The position numbers and the translations under genes were made by a program. Below, in pieces: positions 11,851-22,742 of a stretch of 64,000 bases of DNA. A model generated the notes under the pieces. The model saw only the letters and a program-made list of their open reading frames with translations, ran no database searches and had not been told where the DNA came from. The first letter of the stretch is position 1. Each line of letters opens with the position of its first letter. Origin of the DNA: a bacterium (lineage in GTDB: Bacteria > UBA8248 > JACPRG01 > G963555815); NCBI GenBank assembly GCA_965261595.1, contig CBDHDG010000005.1, forward strand, positions 32,001 to 96,000, read 5' to 3'.

Positions 11851-13254
11851 TGGACCGCCCCTGGGTTATTGGACACTCGGGTGAGGGTATTCGACCTCAT
11901 GCGGCCTCCGCAACTTGAGCGAGTTTTTCCTGCCTTGCCTGGGCCGGCGTTCGGTAGCCGTAGCCCTCGAGAATCCAATGATGGTTATACAGGTTCTTGA
12001 ACTCAAGCAGCGCCCACCGCAGTTCCTCTACGGTGGCGAAAGAGCGCACCCACAGGAGATTCTCCTTCAAGATGCGGATGAACCACTCACAGTAGCCATT
12101 TCCCTCGGGCGCCCGCACGAAGCTGGGCGAACTGGTCATGCCCAGGTAGGCGATCTCCCGCTGAAAGTCATCGGACAGATAGGCGGGGCCGTGGTCGTGA
12201 CGAACTTTAAGCCCCTCGGCGACGTCCGCCTCCAAGCCGGCGAAGCGCTCGGCGACCCCCTGCCGGATCGGCTCCAGGGCCTCGAAGCGGTTGCCGCTCT
12301 TGGCCGCATGGATCCCCACGCAGTCCACCGAGCAGTGATCCACCGCCACGAACACCGAGGCCATCCCCTCCTCGGTGGTCACCGTCGTCGTCATGTCCGT
12401 GCCCCACATTCGGTCGGGCCGCTCGGTGCGGATGGTCCCGTTGTGGGCCTTGGGACCTCGGGGTTTGCCCACCCGGTGAGGGGCCTGAAGCCCCGCCTCC
12501 CGCATCAGGCGACGCACCCGCTCCTTGCTGGTTCGGATGCCCGCGAAGCGCAGCCTCGCCCACACCTTGCGGTAGCCCTCGCCATGGAAGGGAGAGTCCT
12601 CCAGGACCTGCCGGATGTGGCCGAGGAGTTCCGCATCGGTGCACGGGCCCACAGGGCCGCGCTTATTGGGCGTGGGGCGTTCATGAACGGGGACCGCCTC
12701 TCGCCGCCGTTGCGCGTAGACCGTGGAGCGCGCCAAGCCCCAAAGGGCGCACACCCGCTTCAGGCCGTAGGCTCTGCCCGTGGAGGTGAAGCGGGCCTGA
12801 CTCATCGCCTCCACCTCCTGCCGGCTAAAGGGCGGCCGGCCTCCAGGCGGTCGATCTTCTCCCGCAGGACCTCGCCCTCCATCGTGAGTTCGCCCACCTT
12901 GGCCTTGAGCCGGGCGTTCTCCTCGTCCCGCTCATCCGCCGGGCGGGCTTTGAGCGCCGCCTCGCCCCCGCGAAGGAACGCCTCGCGCCAGGCGGAAAGC
13001 CGAGCCGCTGTCGTGCCCAACTCGCGGCAGAGCGTCTCCAGGCTCTCGCCCCGCAAAAGACGCAGGACCGCCTCCCGCTTGCGCTGGCAGGAGAACCGAC
13101 CCCGCTCACTGCGATGCCCTGGGGCCTTGGCTCCGTTCGCCCTGCGGGCGCCCTCCGCCAAAGCCCCCTCTTGCTTTTGTTCGTTCATCGCGACACCCCT
13201 TTCTCCATGAATCATGGATCAATCGAGTGTCCAACAAAACCCTAGAGCGGGGGA
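11851..13254 (-). mobile_element. IS3-family element A, copy 2
   Basis: Near-identical to 687-2090; 4-bp TSD CTGG at 11847-11850 and 13255-13258. Confidence 0.95.
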
Positions 13255-14104
13255 CTGGCTTATACAATATATCCCAAATCTGAGCCCCTAGTTCCTCTAC
13301 CTGTTCCTGTCGGCACAGATCGAATTTAGCCCAATATTTGTGGCCTCTACCGCCCCTGGCTATGCATCTAGACGCTATCGCGTTCGGGGATGTGCGACTT
13401 TGAAGGATACGCCGCTCGACGGGATCAATAGGCTGTGCTGCTTGATTGATCTTAAAGAATGAATTCTCCGCGGCTTCGGTACTCTCTGCCTTAACCCATT
13501 GAATAAGAACAGAATTCTTTCCAATTGCGCTTAGATACCTTGCCTTTACAGGATTGGGGACCGACTGCCCTATCAGACCAATAAACTCAGCGTATGGTCC
13601 AATTTCCTTATTAATGACCTTTCTCGTGCGGTCGGCAATCTTTCGCTGTTCGTCAGTCAGCCCGCTCCCAAAGATCGCGTTAGAATTAGTGCCGTCGCCA
13701 TAGTCATCGCGAATCCACCCAATGAGAGCACTCAGCCGGTGCGCGCCATCAATAACAAAAACTTCGTCTCCTCGCTCCCAAAGAATGACGGCTGGGATTA
13801 GATCGCCCTGAAGGAATGCGCGGACCAAATCGTATACTGCCGCTGGCGCCCAGTGCGTCGTTTCGCGCTGAAAGTCCGGCTTCCTAAGTGAGTTTTGGAA
13901 GAAACCATTGCTGCCAAAGTCTGAAATGCTGATTGTTTGTCGTGGACTTCCGCCGGATTGGATCGCCTCCGAGACAAAGTCGCCACGGGGTATAAGAGCG
14001 TCGAGGTTAACCGTCACGGGCGTCATGCGCTTTTCCCCAGTAAATGGTGCCAACTTAATCATAGCTTAGCACCCATCACTGGGTATGTCAAGTGTAACGT
14101 TGCC

Positions 14105-15144
14105 CAAGGTAATGGGGTACTCGCGCCAGCAATTTTACGAGATCCGTCGCAACTTCAGACCTACGGTGCCGAGGGGCTGATCGACCGACTGCCTGGGCCG
14201 CGCGGACCGCACCCGAACCGGATGGCGGCACAGAGCGAGGCGGCCATCCTGGAGCATGCGATACAGCACCCCTGCCACGGTGCGATCCGGGTCGAGCAGG
14301 AGATGCGCCTTCAGGGCATCCAGGTCTCCTCGGGCGGGGTGCGCGGGGTGTGGCAGCGCCACGGGCTGTTGACCAAGCATGAGCGCCTGCTGCGGCTTTT
14401 GACGGCCACCGCCGAACGCAAGCTCGAACTCAGCGAGAAGCAGATCCAGCTCCTGGAGCGGTTCTCCCCGGAGTTCCGCAAACGCCATATCGAAGCACCC
14501 CATACCGGCTCCCTGGTGGCCGTCGATACCTTCTTCGTCGGCACCCTCAAGGGTGTGGGCAAGGTCTACCTGCAGACCGCGATCGACTGCCATTCGCGCC
14601 ATGCCTGGGCGCGCTTGTACCCGAACAAGCTGCCGGTGACAGCCGTCCACCTAATGAACAACGACGTGCTGCCGACCTTCGAGGCTGCCGGCGCGCGCAT
14701 CGAGGTCGTGCTGTCAGACAACGGCCGTGAGTTCTGCGGTCGGCCCGACAGGCATCCCTACGAGCTGTTCCTGCAACTCGAGGAGATCGAGCACCGCTCT
14801 ACAAAGGTCAAGCGGCCACAGTCCAACGGCATCGTGGAACGCTTGCACCGAACGCTCCTGGACGAGCACTTCCGGGTCGAGGGAAGGCGGACCTGGTTCG
14901 AAACCATCGATGAGATGCAGACCGTGCTCGACGACTACATGACCGTCTACAACCGCAAGCGGCCACACCAGGGTCGCGGCATAAACGGCCGGACACCCGG
15001 GCAGGCGTTCAAGGACGGCTTGCCAGCCACCAACAAACCGAGCACAATCAAACAGACGGAGAATCCTAAAGCCGCTTAATCAAACCCCCCGCCGTACGTG
15101 CGGCAAACGGGGGGGTACTGTCAGGTGAATACCATCCCTGTACA
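14105..15144 (+). mobile_element. IS481-family element, 5'-truncated, with a frameshift near 14155
   Basis: KVMGYSRQQFYEIRRN begins immediately after the IS1595 TIR. Motifs VAVDTF, SDNGREF, PQSNGIVERLH. Right end ...CCCTGTACA. Confidence 0.88.
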
Positions 15145-15149
15145 AGCTG

Positions 15150-15731
15150 TCACGAGCACCGTTCTCTTACATATTCAAACAGAGTTTCAGTGAATGGTTT
15201 CTGTCCTGCCGGAAGAATCCATAGTGTTTCCTCATTCCGTACCGAATTACCCACCGCACTTGTTTTTCCCTCGAATTTATTATCATACTTGAAGTTTATC
15301 ATCATAGTTTTATTCGATTTTAACGCTTGTTCTAGCGATGCAAATTCAACCATATCTGCAAGTGTTATTTTCAGTCCTTGCATCGTTCCCGCTATTTTAG
15401 AAAATCGCGTAACAGCATTTTTGTACAGTTCGACAACTTTTCTTCTTGTATCGTCGTTTAGATCGCCGTATATTTTTATAATGTTGTGCGTATGTTCACA
15501 TTCTTCTTCATTTTCTAACTCCCAAAGTATCTTTATAGAGTTTTCAAATATTATGACATAAAGCATATGGGAAGTAATGTTTCTCTGCCATCTGTGTTTG
15601 TCCATTTCCTCCTCAGGATTCTGTCCCGGCACAACCGGAATTATATACTGGGGACTTGATGTCAAGTATTTTGCCATATGAAAAAAGGCCTCTGTGGCTT
15701 CCAATTTATCTTCTGTCTCACGCATTTTCAT
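15150..15731 (-). CDS. Hypothetical protein, HEPN-like (AT-rich)
   Basis: FENSIKILW...HTHNIIKIY resembles the E..K / HxHN(L/I) pattern of HEPN domains; AGGAGG RBS. Confidence 0.55.
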   Translation of the reverse strand: MKMRETEDKLEATEAFFHMAKYLTSSPQYIIPVVPGQNPEEEMDKHRWQRNITSHMLYVIIFENSIKILWELENEEECEHTHNIIKIYGDLNDDTRRKVVELYKNAVTRFSKIAGTMQGLKITLADMVEFASLEQALKSNKTMMINFKYDNKFEGKTSAVGNSVRNEETLWILPAGQKPFTETLFEYVRERCS

Positions 15732-15850
15732 GTCGACTACCCTCCTGCTAAACAGACATTCCCCATTTGAGGGTCACACACTATCTGCCTGTAGTGAGCG
15801 TACCCGGCTTGCAAGGGACTTTGGCACTTGGGTCAGGCTCGACTACTGGA

Positions 15851-16873
15851 TCACTTCTGAGGCATTGCGACCTCCGTCCGGCTGGTGACGAGGCTTGTCT
15901 GTGAGGCCCGGTCATCTATGGCGGCCATGATGAACTTTCGACAATCCAAGAGAGCACCGATTACGTCCGATTCAAGGTCTAGTGTATGACCGCGATATTG
16001 AAGGATCGCAGAGTCCAAGAAGTCCGGCTGATCAAAGATCGTCAAGGCGACTGGATCGATCTTCTGTGAAGGACCGAACTTACCCATTGCGCGATCATCA
16101 ATGTGTTCGAATGCGTGGCGCATTTCTTCGACCGGCCTGCTTATCTTGTTTACGCTGTCAGGCACTTCCAATTCAGGGCAGAACTGATCAACCAGCGAAT
16201 GCACCATTCTTGTGCACCGATGCAAAGCAATGATTGCCATTTCGGCTGTTGCCAGTGCGATGAAGGATTTGTGTCGCTTAGGAATCCCATCGGCCTTCAG
16301 TGCCTCATTTCTGGTTTCCATGGCCGACGCCCACAACGCATGTGCTGCGTCAGTTCTCCGGGCGAGGGAAAACAGGAAGAGCACGAACCCTACACGTTCG
16401 GACACAATCCGGTACCATGTCCAAATGGTGTTCGCTACAGGCGCATAGCCGCCCAACCCTGGGCTGGAGTAGGTATCTATCTGATCTGTACTAACGACGA
16501 GCGCGCCGGGCTCGAATACCAACCGGTCTCCTTTCTGCAATGGGATCGTTTTACCGGGGTCTTGTTCTCCTGGCCGGAGAGAACGATAGTAGACTGTGTT
16601 CCCTTCCCGCCTGACGGGCACGATTCTGCCGCCAAACAAGAACTCGCCTTTGTCTTGTTGAGTGTCTGGGGCGTCGGGGGCATTGTCAAATACTCCATTC
16701 TGATTACAGTTAATCTTTTCCGCCAAAGTCATCATGCGGCGCGGGCCTCTGGTTCGGCGGGTGTCACTTCTGATCACTGCACTGGACACAACGCGGACGG
16801 TGTGGGTGACTTGCGACATCAGGAGACGTTCGGTGAGCTGCCCGAGGAAGCTGTAAAGACGAGATTTGTTCAT
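15851..16873 (-). CDS. Hypothetical protein with a C-terminal R-x4-H (HEPN-like) motif
   Basis: 340-aa ORF with a helical C-terminal half containing MRHAFEH. Confidence 0.55.
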   Translation of the reverse strand: MNKSRLYSFLGQLTERLLMSQVTHTVRVVSSAVIRSDTRRTRGPRRMMTLAEKINCNQNGVFDNAPDAPDTQQDKGEFLFGGRIVPVRREGNTVYYRSLRPGEQDPGKTIPLQKGDRLVFEPGALVVSTDQIDTYSSPGLGGYAPVANTIWTWYRIVSERVGFVLFLFSLARRTDAAHALWASAMETRNEALKADGIPKRHKSFIALATAEMAIIALHRCTRMVHSLVDQFCPELEVPDSVNKISRPVEEMRHAFEHIDDRAMGKFGPSQKIDPVALTIFDQPDFLDSAILQYRGHTLDLESDVIGALLDCRKFIMAAIDDRASQTSLVTSRTEVAMPQK

Positions 16874-17237
16874 CGTCAGTCCCTCATGTGGTGGTTTGTA
16901 CTATGTTGATCTCAACATTGTACAAAGCAACTCAACAGGGCGAGTTATAGCATCGCCCGTTCTGCAACGCCATCAAGGCATCGTGGTGTTCGGCGGTTAT
17001 AGTCGAATCCGATGACGTCCGGCGCGCCGGCCGCTACAGTAGGATGGTTGTTTGCAGGCTGGCCGCTATGCTCGGCCGAATCATTTTGCGGGATTGGAGG
17101 TGTGCGATCGGCGTCTAGGCGGCGGTGCCGGAATTGGATGCAATTAGGGTGATGGTTGCCTAGCGCGGACTTGCCGCGCCTGTATACTGGATTGAGGATT
17201 GATGATTGAGGCTGTGACCCAACAGCTTTCCGATCAT

Positions 17238-18765
17238 GGGGCTGTTGAAAAAGCCGGTTTCGAGACCGGGCGCATGCAGGATCACGTGGCGGCGGCCGCC
17301 CGCAAGTCTGTTCGGGGTGCGTAGGCGTGATGGATATGCAGCGGCTCTTGTCCGGCAACGCGGGCCGTCCAATTGGCCAATAGGATGGCAACAAGGGCGG
17401 CCCCAAGCCGCTTGAGATTGATCGCCGCGGCCGTCAGGTAGGCCTGGATCTTCATGTTGTCGAGACCGCGCCGGACCGCGCGCCCGAGGCCGTGCCAGAG
17501 CTTCGCCTCGCCGTGGAAGCCTTCCGAACGCCAGAGGTGGCGTTGGTACAGGCGCCGGTCGTCCTCGCTCCATCGCGCACGCCGGCGCCGCGCTCTGAGC
17601 AGCGCCGGATAGTCATGCGGGAGCACCACCTCCTTGTTGATGCGCGTCTTCGGCAGACACTCGCTCCGAAGCGGACAGCGTGCGCAGTCGCCGGCCCTGG
17701 AATGGAAGAAGCGTCCGCGCCCAGTGACCCGCAGGGGACGCAGGAGCTTTCCACGCGGGCACTTCACGATGTTGTTCCGGGCGTCGTAGCGGAAGCGACG
17801 CAAGGGAACTCTGCTCCCGGACGGATCTCTCCGTGCCGGGATGAGCGGATCGATGCCGCGGCGCTCGAGCCCGCCATAGACCTGGGCGTAGGCATAACCG
17901 GCATCGGCCGTCACCGTCACGATCTCCCGACCCGCGATCTTCCGAACCTCATCCACCTGCGCCTCGATCATCTCGCGCTCGTTCACCGCTCCCGTCGTCA
18001 CAGAAACGTCCAGCACCACGCCTCTCACGTCGTCCACCGTCGTGTGCTGCTTGTAGCACGGCTCAAGCCGCCGGTTGCACGCCGAGGTCGCCATGCTCGT
18101 GTCCGCATCGGTGCGGCTCACCTTCCTGGACTTGCCGCGCCGACCGCCTCGCCTCTTCTCCCCTTCAACCTCCTCCTCCCCGCGGTTCTCCGTCATCACC
18201 TCATCCACATGCCGCTCCACCAAGCTCTCCCAACTGACATCGGCGCGGATCAGCGAGGCGTCGTGCACAACCTCGGCCGTGGCGACCTTCGCCTCCAGGC
18301 ACGCCCTCACCGTGCGCTGGAATATCTCCCGGAACCGTTTCTCGCCCCAGCGCTGGCGGATACGGGTCAGGCTCGAATGGTCGGGCAGACGCTCGTGCAA
18401 GCCATAGCCGATGAACCACCGGATCGCGATGTTCACCTGCGCTTCCCGCATCAGCCTGCGGTCGTGCACAATGCCCAATAGCAGGCCGGCGAGCATCAAC
18501 CGCACCGCTACCTCCGGGTCGATGCCGGGCCGGCCGTTGTCAGCGCAATAACAGTCCGCCACTTCCTCGCGCAGCCAGCCCAGGTCGAGAACACGGTCCA
18601 CGCGCGCCAGTACGTGATCCTCGGGCACCAGCTGCTCAAGCGAACCGGTGATGAACAACGTCAACTGATCCCGCCCCTTCCGTCCCAACATCTCCTGGCC
18701 TCCCAAAATCGAACACTAGATATCGATACAGAGAAGCACGAAGGCCGAGCTTTTTCAACACCCCC
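17238..18765 (-). mobile_element. IS1182-family element (transposase 17282-~18691)
   Basis: Motifs GRPGIDP, PDHSSL, TADAGY and a DDE_Tnp_1_6-like tail. TIRs GGGGCTGTTGAAAAAGC / GGGGGTGTTGAAAAAGC. 5-bp TSD ATCAT at 17233-17237 and 18766-18770. Confidence 0.93.
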
Positions 18766-18859
18766 ATCATCGGAAGGCTCTCGCCCAGGGCCAGCGCACG
18801 GCTGGCATACGAGTGACGGAGGTCGTGAATCGTTGCGGAAGCAAGGGTAGGAACCTGGT

Positions 18860-19020
18860 TGCAGCCCGTTCCTGGTTGATGGCGCTCGAAACTGTTGTGT
18901 TTCTTGATGCGCCCGCAGATGCCGCGAACCTCGCCCGGAATCTGCTTGATGTCTGAGCGATTCCGCGCCAAGCTGCCAACGCCGCCGCACACATCGCGAT
19001 TGCCATCACGAACGGCGTGA
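18860..19020 (+). pseudogene. Possible PIN-domain (VapC-like) fragment
   Basis: Manual translation LDAPADAANLARNLLDV*AIPRQAANAAAHIAIAITNGV resembles the DAxHIAIA region of PIN toxins; contains a stop. Confidence 0.4.
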
Positions 19021-20469
19021 CGTCCGCGACGGGGTGCGGTTCATGCCTTCTACGCCTCCTAGGAAGAGCAGATTGCGGAGCTGGTGGAAGAGTTCCTGCG
19101 GGAGAACGGTATCGTTCCGGAATGGAGATGAACCGCCTGGAACGGGATCGCCCGCGGCATTGGTTCGCGGCAACGGACGGCGCACCGGCAGCGCGATGGC
19201 ATTGGTCAACGCCATCATTGCGACCCTCGCCGGCGGGGGGCTTCCGGGTTCGGGGCGGCTCCGGGCCGGAGTCCGAACGGCTACGATTCGCGCGGCCGAT
19301 GGTCTCGAATCGGCGGAAACGGCGGATCGGCGGCGGCGCACGGCGTCAGGAGCGCGCCTCGATATGGCACGGCGCACCGTGTTGAAATAGTGTTGAACTT
19401 TACAGGAAGTCGTCAGTCAGGAAAGATAGAGAAACAGATATTAACCTATAATATCAATGCGTTATACAATGGCCGTAAGCCGTGGGAAAAAGCGATCTAT
19501 AAATTCCCAGCGCAACGTCAGGATCTCGCTCTTCCGGCATCCGGTCAGCAGCAGCAGCCGGAGCGCCGCAATCACCGGCGGCCACACCGAGCCGTCCGTT
19601 TCCGCGTCCCTCAACACACGGCCCAGCCGCCGGAACTCCTCCGGCGTCAGAAACCGCTCGCACGACCTCTCCTTGTAGCGGCGCACCGACCGGCACGGGT
19701 TCCGGCCGGGCGGCAGTCTTTCCCAGGCTTCCGCCAACGAGAACATTCTCGACAGAACCTTGACCGTCCGGTTGGCCATTGCAGGCGTGTCACGAAGCCG
19801 GTGATGCAGCGCGGAAATCTCCCTTCGTCCTACCTCGTTGATTGACATCGCGCCCAGGGTGGGAAGAATGTGCTTGCCGAGCACGCACCGGTACGTTGCA
19901 ACGGTGCTCGGCTTGCAATGCACCTTGACATGGGTGCGCAGGAACCGTTCGGACAGTTCGGCCAACGTGAGCTCCGGCTCGGGCGGCGCGGGCACGGGGT
20001 CCTCCCCCCGCTTGATGCGGTCGATGACCACGGCCGCCCGCTTCCTCGCCTCCTCGGTCGACATGTCCCCATGCCGTCCGAGGGTCACTCGCTTCGGTCC
20101 GGCCGGCCCCCGGGACTGCACTACGTAGACCTTGCGACCCGTGGCATGGACCCGCACCCCGAAGCCCGCCAGGTCCCGGTCCCAGAAGACGCCATCCGTG
20201 GCATCGACGGTGAGTGCATCCACGGTGCGTTTGGTGATCCTGAGCTCGCTCCTTCTGGGCATGGTCGCTCCTTGCCTTTGTTCTATGGTGATTCGGTATG
20301 CAATTCCGTAATCAAATAGAACACACGCTGCATCAAATCGGTGCGTATTTGAGCACAAGCGTGGCGGGAATGCAAGGGGCAAGAGACGGGATAATGAAAA
20401 ATAAATTCAATGTTTACAGCACTTTATCTCAGCACAGCGTTCTCGGTCGCACCATTGGCGAGGTGAGAT

Positions 20470-21375
20470 ATTTTAACCACGTTTTCCATCTTGTGAAACC
20501 AGCACCGCTGATGGGGCGTGAAGGGGTAGACCACCTCCAGCGCCGCCAACAGCCCCGGGTTGCCGTCGGTGATGATGAGGCGAAGGGAGTGACCCAAAAG
20601 CCCCCGGTGGTAGAGGTCGTCGAGGAACTTCGTCCATGTGGCCTCGCTCTCCGAGTCGGCCAGACGGAAGTCGATGATCTCCCGCCGGCCCGCGAGTGTG
20701 ACGCCCATCGCGCACAAAAGGACCTTGCGCCGGCTTCTCGACGCCCCGCGCACCTTGAAAGCCAGGCCATCCAGGAACACACAACGGTAGTGGTCGCTCA
20801 AAGGGCGGTCGTGGAACGCCGCAACGTCTCGGCTGAGCGCCGTGCACACCCGCGAGACGGTGGAGGCGCTCACCGCTTCACCCAACAACCCCTTCACGCA
20901 CGCCCCCACCCGGCGGGTGGACACCCCGGCCAGGAAGCAATCGCGAAGCGTGCGGTCCACCACCGCCCGGCGGCGCCGGTAGCGCGAACGCCCGGCTCTG
21001 AAAGCCGCCGCCGCGAACCCGGGGCACACGCAGGGCGCGGATCAGCCCCCCCTCGGTCCCCAGGTCCCGGACGTAGTGGCCGTTGGCCCAGTCGCGCCGC
21101 TTGGGCGTGCGCTCCCGGAACCCGGCCGCCAGGTAGACGGCCCGCTCCTCGGCCATCAGGCCCTCCAAAAACCCTTTCAGGCTCGCCTCGATGGGCAACT
21201 CCACCTCCCACGTCTCATTCAGCTCTTGAAATGCCCGGCCCAAATCCTTATCCCCAAAAAGCAACTTCGGTTGCATTGGGTGTGCTCCTCCAAAATGGGT
21301 TTCTTGCTCCCAGGAAGAGTACACCCTCTCTTTTTGCCCGAAAACACTTTCTACACACAAAACGGTACATCACCC
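20470..21375 (-). mobile_element. IS256-family remnant (frameshifted, 3'-truncated)
   Basis: Motifs NGHYVRDL, LRVPRVR, VFLDGL, IITDGNPGL, HQRCWFHK in two frames; end GGGTGATGTACCGTTTTGTGTGTA. Confidence 0.8.
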
Positions 21376-21440
21376 TGTGACTTCCTGTCCTTGACACCAC
21401 CCAGGAGATTTCGGAGCATGCGGGACGGAGCGGCGGATGG

Positions 21441-22742
21441 TTGGGAGGGCGGGAGGTGGCGGCGAAACCCGGGATTCAAGCCGAGCGCATCCGGTCGGAC
21501 TTGGTGAGGTTCGCCCGCATCGGGGCGATGCCCGGCGGCGGCGTCCAGAGGCTTTCGTTCTCCCCACAGGAGATCGCGGCCCGCCAGCTCGCCCTGCACC
21601 TGATGCAGGCGGCGGGCCTCACGGTCCGGATAGACGGGATCGGCAACCTCTTCGGCCGGGTGGAGGGGAAAATCCCGGCGCTTTCCCCCCTCTGGGTGGG
21701 CTCCCACATTGACACGGTTCCGGCGGGCGGAAAATTCGACGGAAGCGTCGGCGTGGCGGCGGCCTTGGAGGTCGTCCGCGTCCTGCGCGAGGATTCGGCG
21801 CCCCCGGATCGCCCGGTGGAGGCGGTTGTCTTCGTCTCCGAGGAGTCCAGCCGGTTCGGCCTGGCGACCATCGGAAGCGGCGTCGTGGCCGGGGTGTTGC
21901 GGCCCGAGGAGCTCCTGGAGCTTCGGGACGCGGACGGCCGCCGCTTGGTGGACCTCCTGGCCGCTCAGGGCTTCGACGCGGAAACCATCGCGTCTGCGCG
22001 CATCGGACCGGACGATGTGCGTGCGTTCTTCGAGGTCCACATCGAGCAGGGCCGGGTGCTTGAGACGGAGGGGATGGGCATCGGCATCGCCACGGCCATC
22101 GCCAACTCCACCCGGTTGCGGATCACGTTTCTGGGCCGGGCCGATCATTCCGGCGCGACACCGATGAGTCTTCGGCGCGACGCCTTTGTAGCCGCCGCCC
22201 ACCTGACCACCTATATTGAAACCCTCTGCCGGGAAACCGATCCCCCCGTTGTGGGGACGGTCGGCGTCGTTCGTGTCGAGCCGGGCGCGATGAACGTCAT
22301 CCCCGGCCGCGTGGAGCTGGGCGTAGACATCCGCTCCACCTCCGGACCGGCGAAAGAGGCGGTGGCGGAACAGGTGGAGGCGGAGGCCCGGCGAATCGCC
22401 GAAGGGCGCGAGCTGGGCATCGAGGTCGAGCTCCTGGGCCGGGGCGTTCCTGTGGCGCTGGGGAAGGAGATGGTGGATCTCCTGGAGGATGTTTGCCGCT
22501 CGCGGGGGTGTCCATACCGGCTCTTGCCCTGCGGCGCGGGACATGACGCCATGCAGATGGCCCGGCTCACCAAGGCTGGCCTGGTCCTCATCCCCTGCCG
22601 CGAGGGGGTCAGCCACAACCCGGCCGAGTGGGCCGAGATGGCGGAAATCGTGCAAGGGGCGGAAGTGATCCTCGAGGCCGTCCGCCGGTTCGAGGGCCGG
22701 CGGCCTCAGGGTTCTTCAGACGCCGAAAGGAATGAGACATGA
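21441..22742 (+). CDS. M20-family Zn-dependent amidohydrolase (N-carbamoyl-L-amino-acid/allantoate/beta-ureidopropionase type)
   Basis: Motifs GSHIDTV..GG.FDG, EESSRF, EVHIEQG, ADHSGATPM, GAGHDA, SHNPAE. True start may be GTG ~21456. Confidence 0.92.
   Translation: MGGREVAAKPGIQAERIRSDLVRFARIGAMPGGGVQRLSFSPQEIAARQLALHLMQAAGLTVRIDGIGNLFGRVEGKIPALSPLWVGSHIDTVPAGGKFDGSVGVAAALEVVRVLREDSAPPDRPVEAVVFVSEESSRFGLATIGSGVVAGVLRPEELLELRDADGRRLVDLLAAQGFDAETIASARIGPDDVRAFFEVHIEQGRVLETEGMGIGIATAIANSTRLRITFLGRADHSGATPMSLRRDAFVAAAHLTTYIETLCRETDPPVVGTVGVVRVEPGAMNVIPGRVELGVDIRSTSGPAKEAVAEQVEAEARRIAEGRELGIEVELLGRGVPVALGKEMVDLLEDVCRSRGCPYRLLPCGAGHDAMQMARLTKAGLVLIPCREGVSHNPAEWAEMAEIVQGAEVILEAVRRFEGRRPQGSSDAERNET

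Larger units (their letters stand above)
9638..14026 (-). pseudogene. DUF262 (ParB-like) + C-terminal HNH nuclease (GmrSD-like), ~527 aa, split by IS256 and IS3-A
   Basis: Segments 14026-13255, 11846-11706 and 10308-9638 join in frame (1584 nt). N-terminal PDFQR..W and VIDGAHRLSAL; C-terminal CDIC..DHV..GG.N..N....HPYCN. Confidence 0.85.
8380..14104 (+). mobile_element. IS1595-family element with passenger genes (~2920 bp after removing two nested IS)
   Basis: Perfect 23-bp TIR GGCAACGTTACACTTGACATACC at 8380-8402 and its reverse complement at 14082-14104. Confidence 0.88.
17210..20262 (-). pseudogene. DUF4102/Arm-domain tyrosine integrase broken into three pieces
   Basis: 20262-~19505 MPRRSELRITKRTVDAL...LLLTGCRKSEILTLRW; ~18830-18766 IHDLRHSYASRALALGESLPM; 17237-17210 IGKLLGH. 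The IS1182 sits exactly in PM|IGK. Confidence 0.85.

Noticed and set aside
13106..14062. 318-aa ORF as a complete DUF262 protein
   Set aside because: Its tail is read-through into IS3-A; the true gene continues at 11846.
13937..14160. N-terminal extension of the 380-aa IS481 ORF
   Set aside because: Read-through across the IS1595 TIR and antisense to the DUF262 gene.
20441..20454. TCTCGGTCGCACCA as a tRNA 3'-end att remnant of the left island
   Set aside because: Too short, no T-arm, and no partner repeat within the window.
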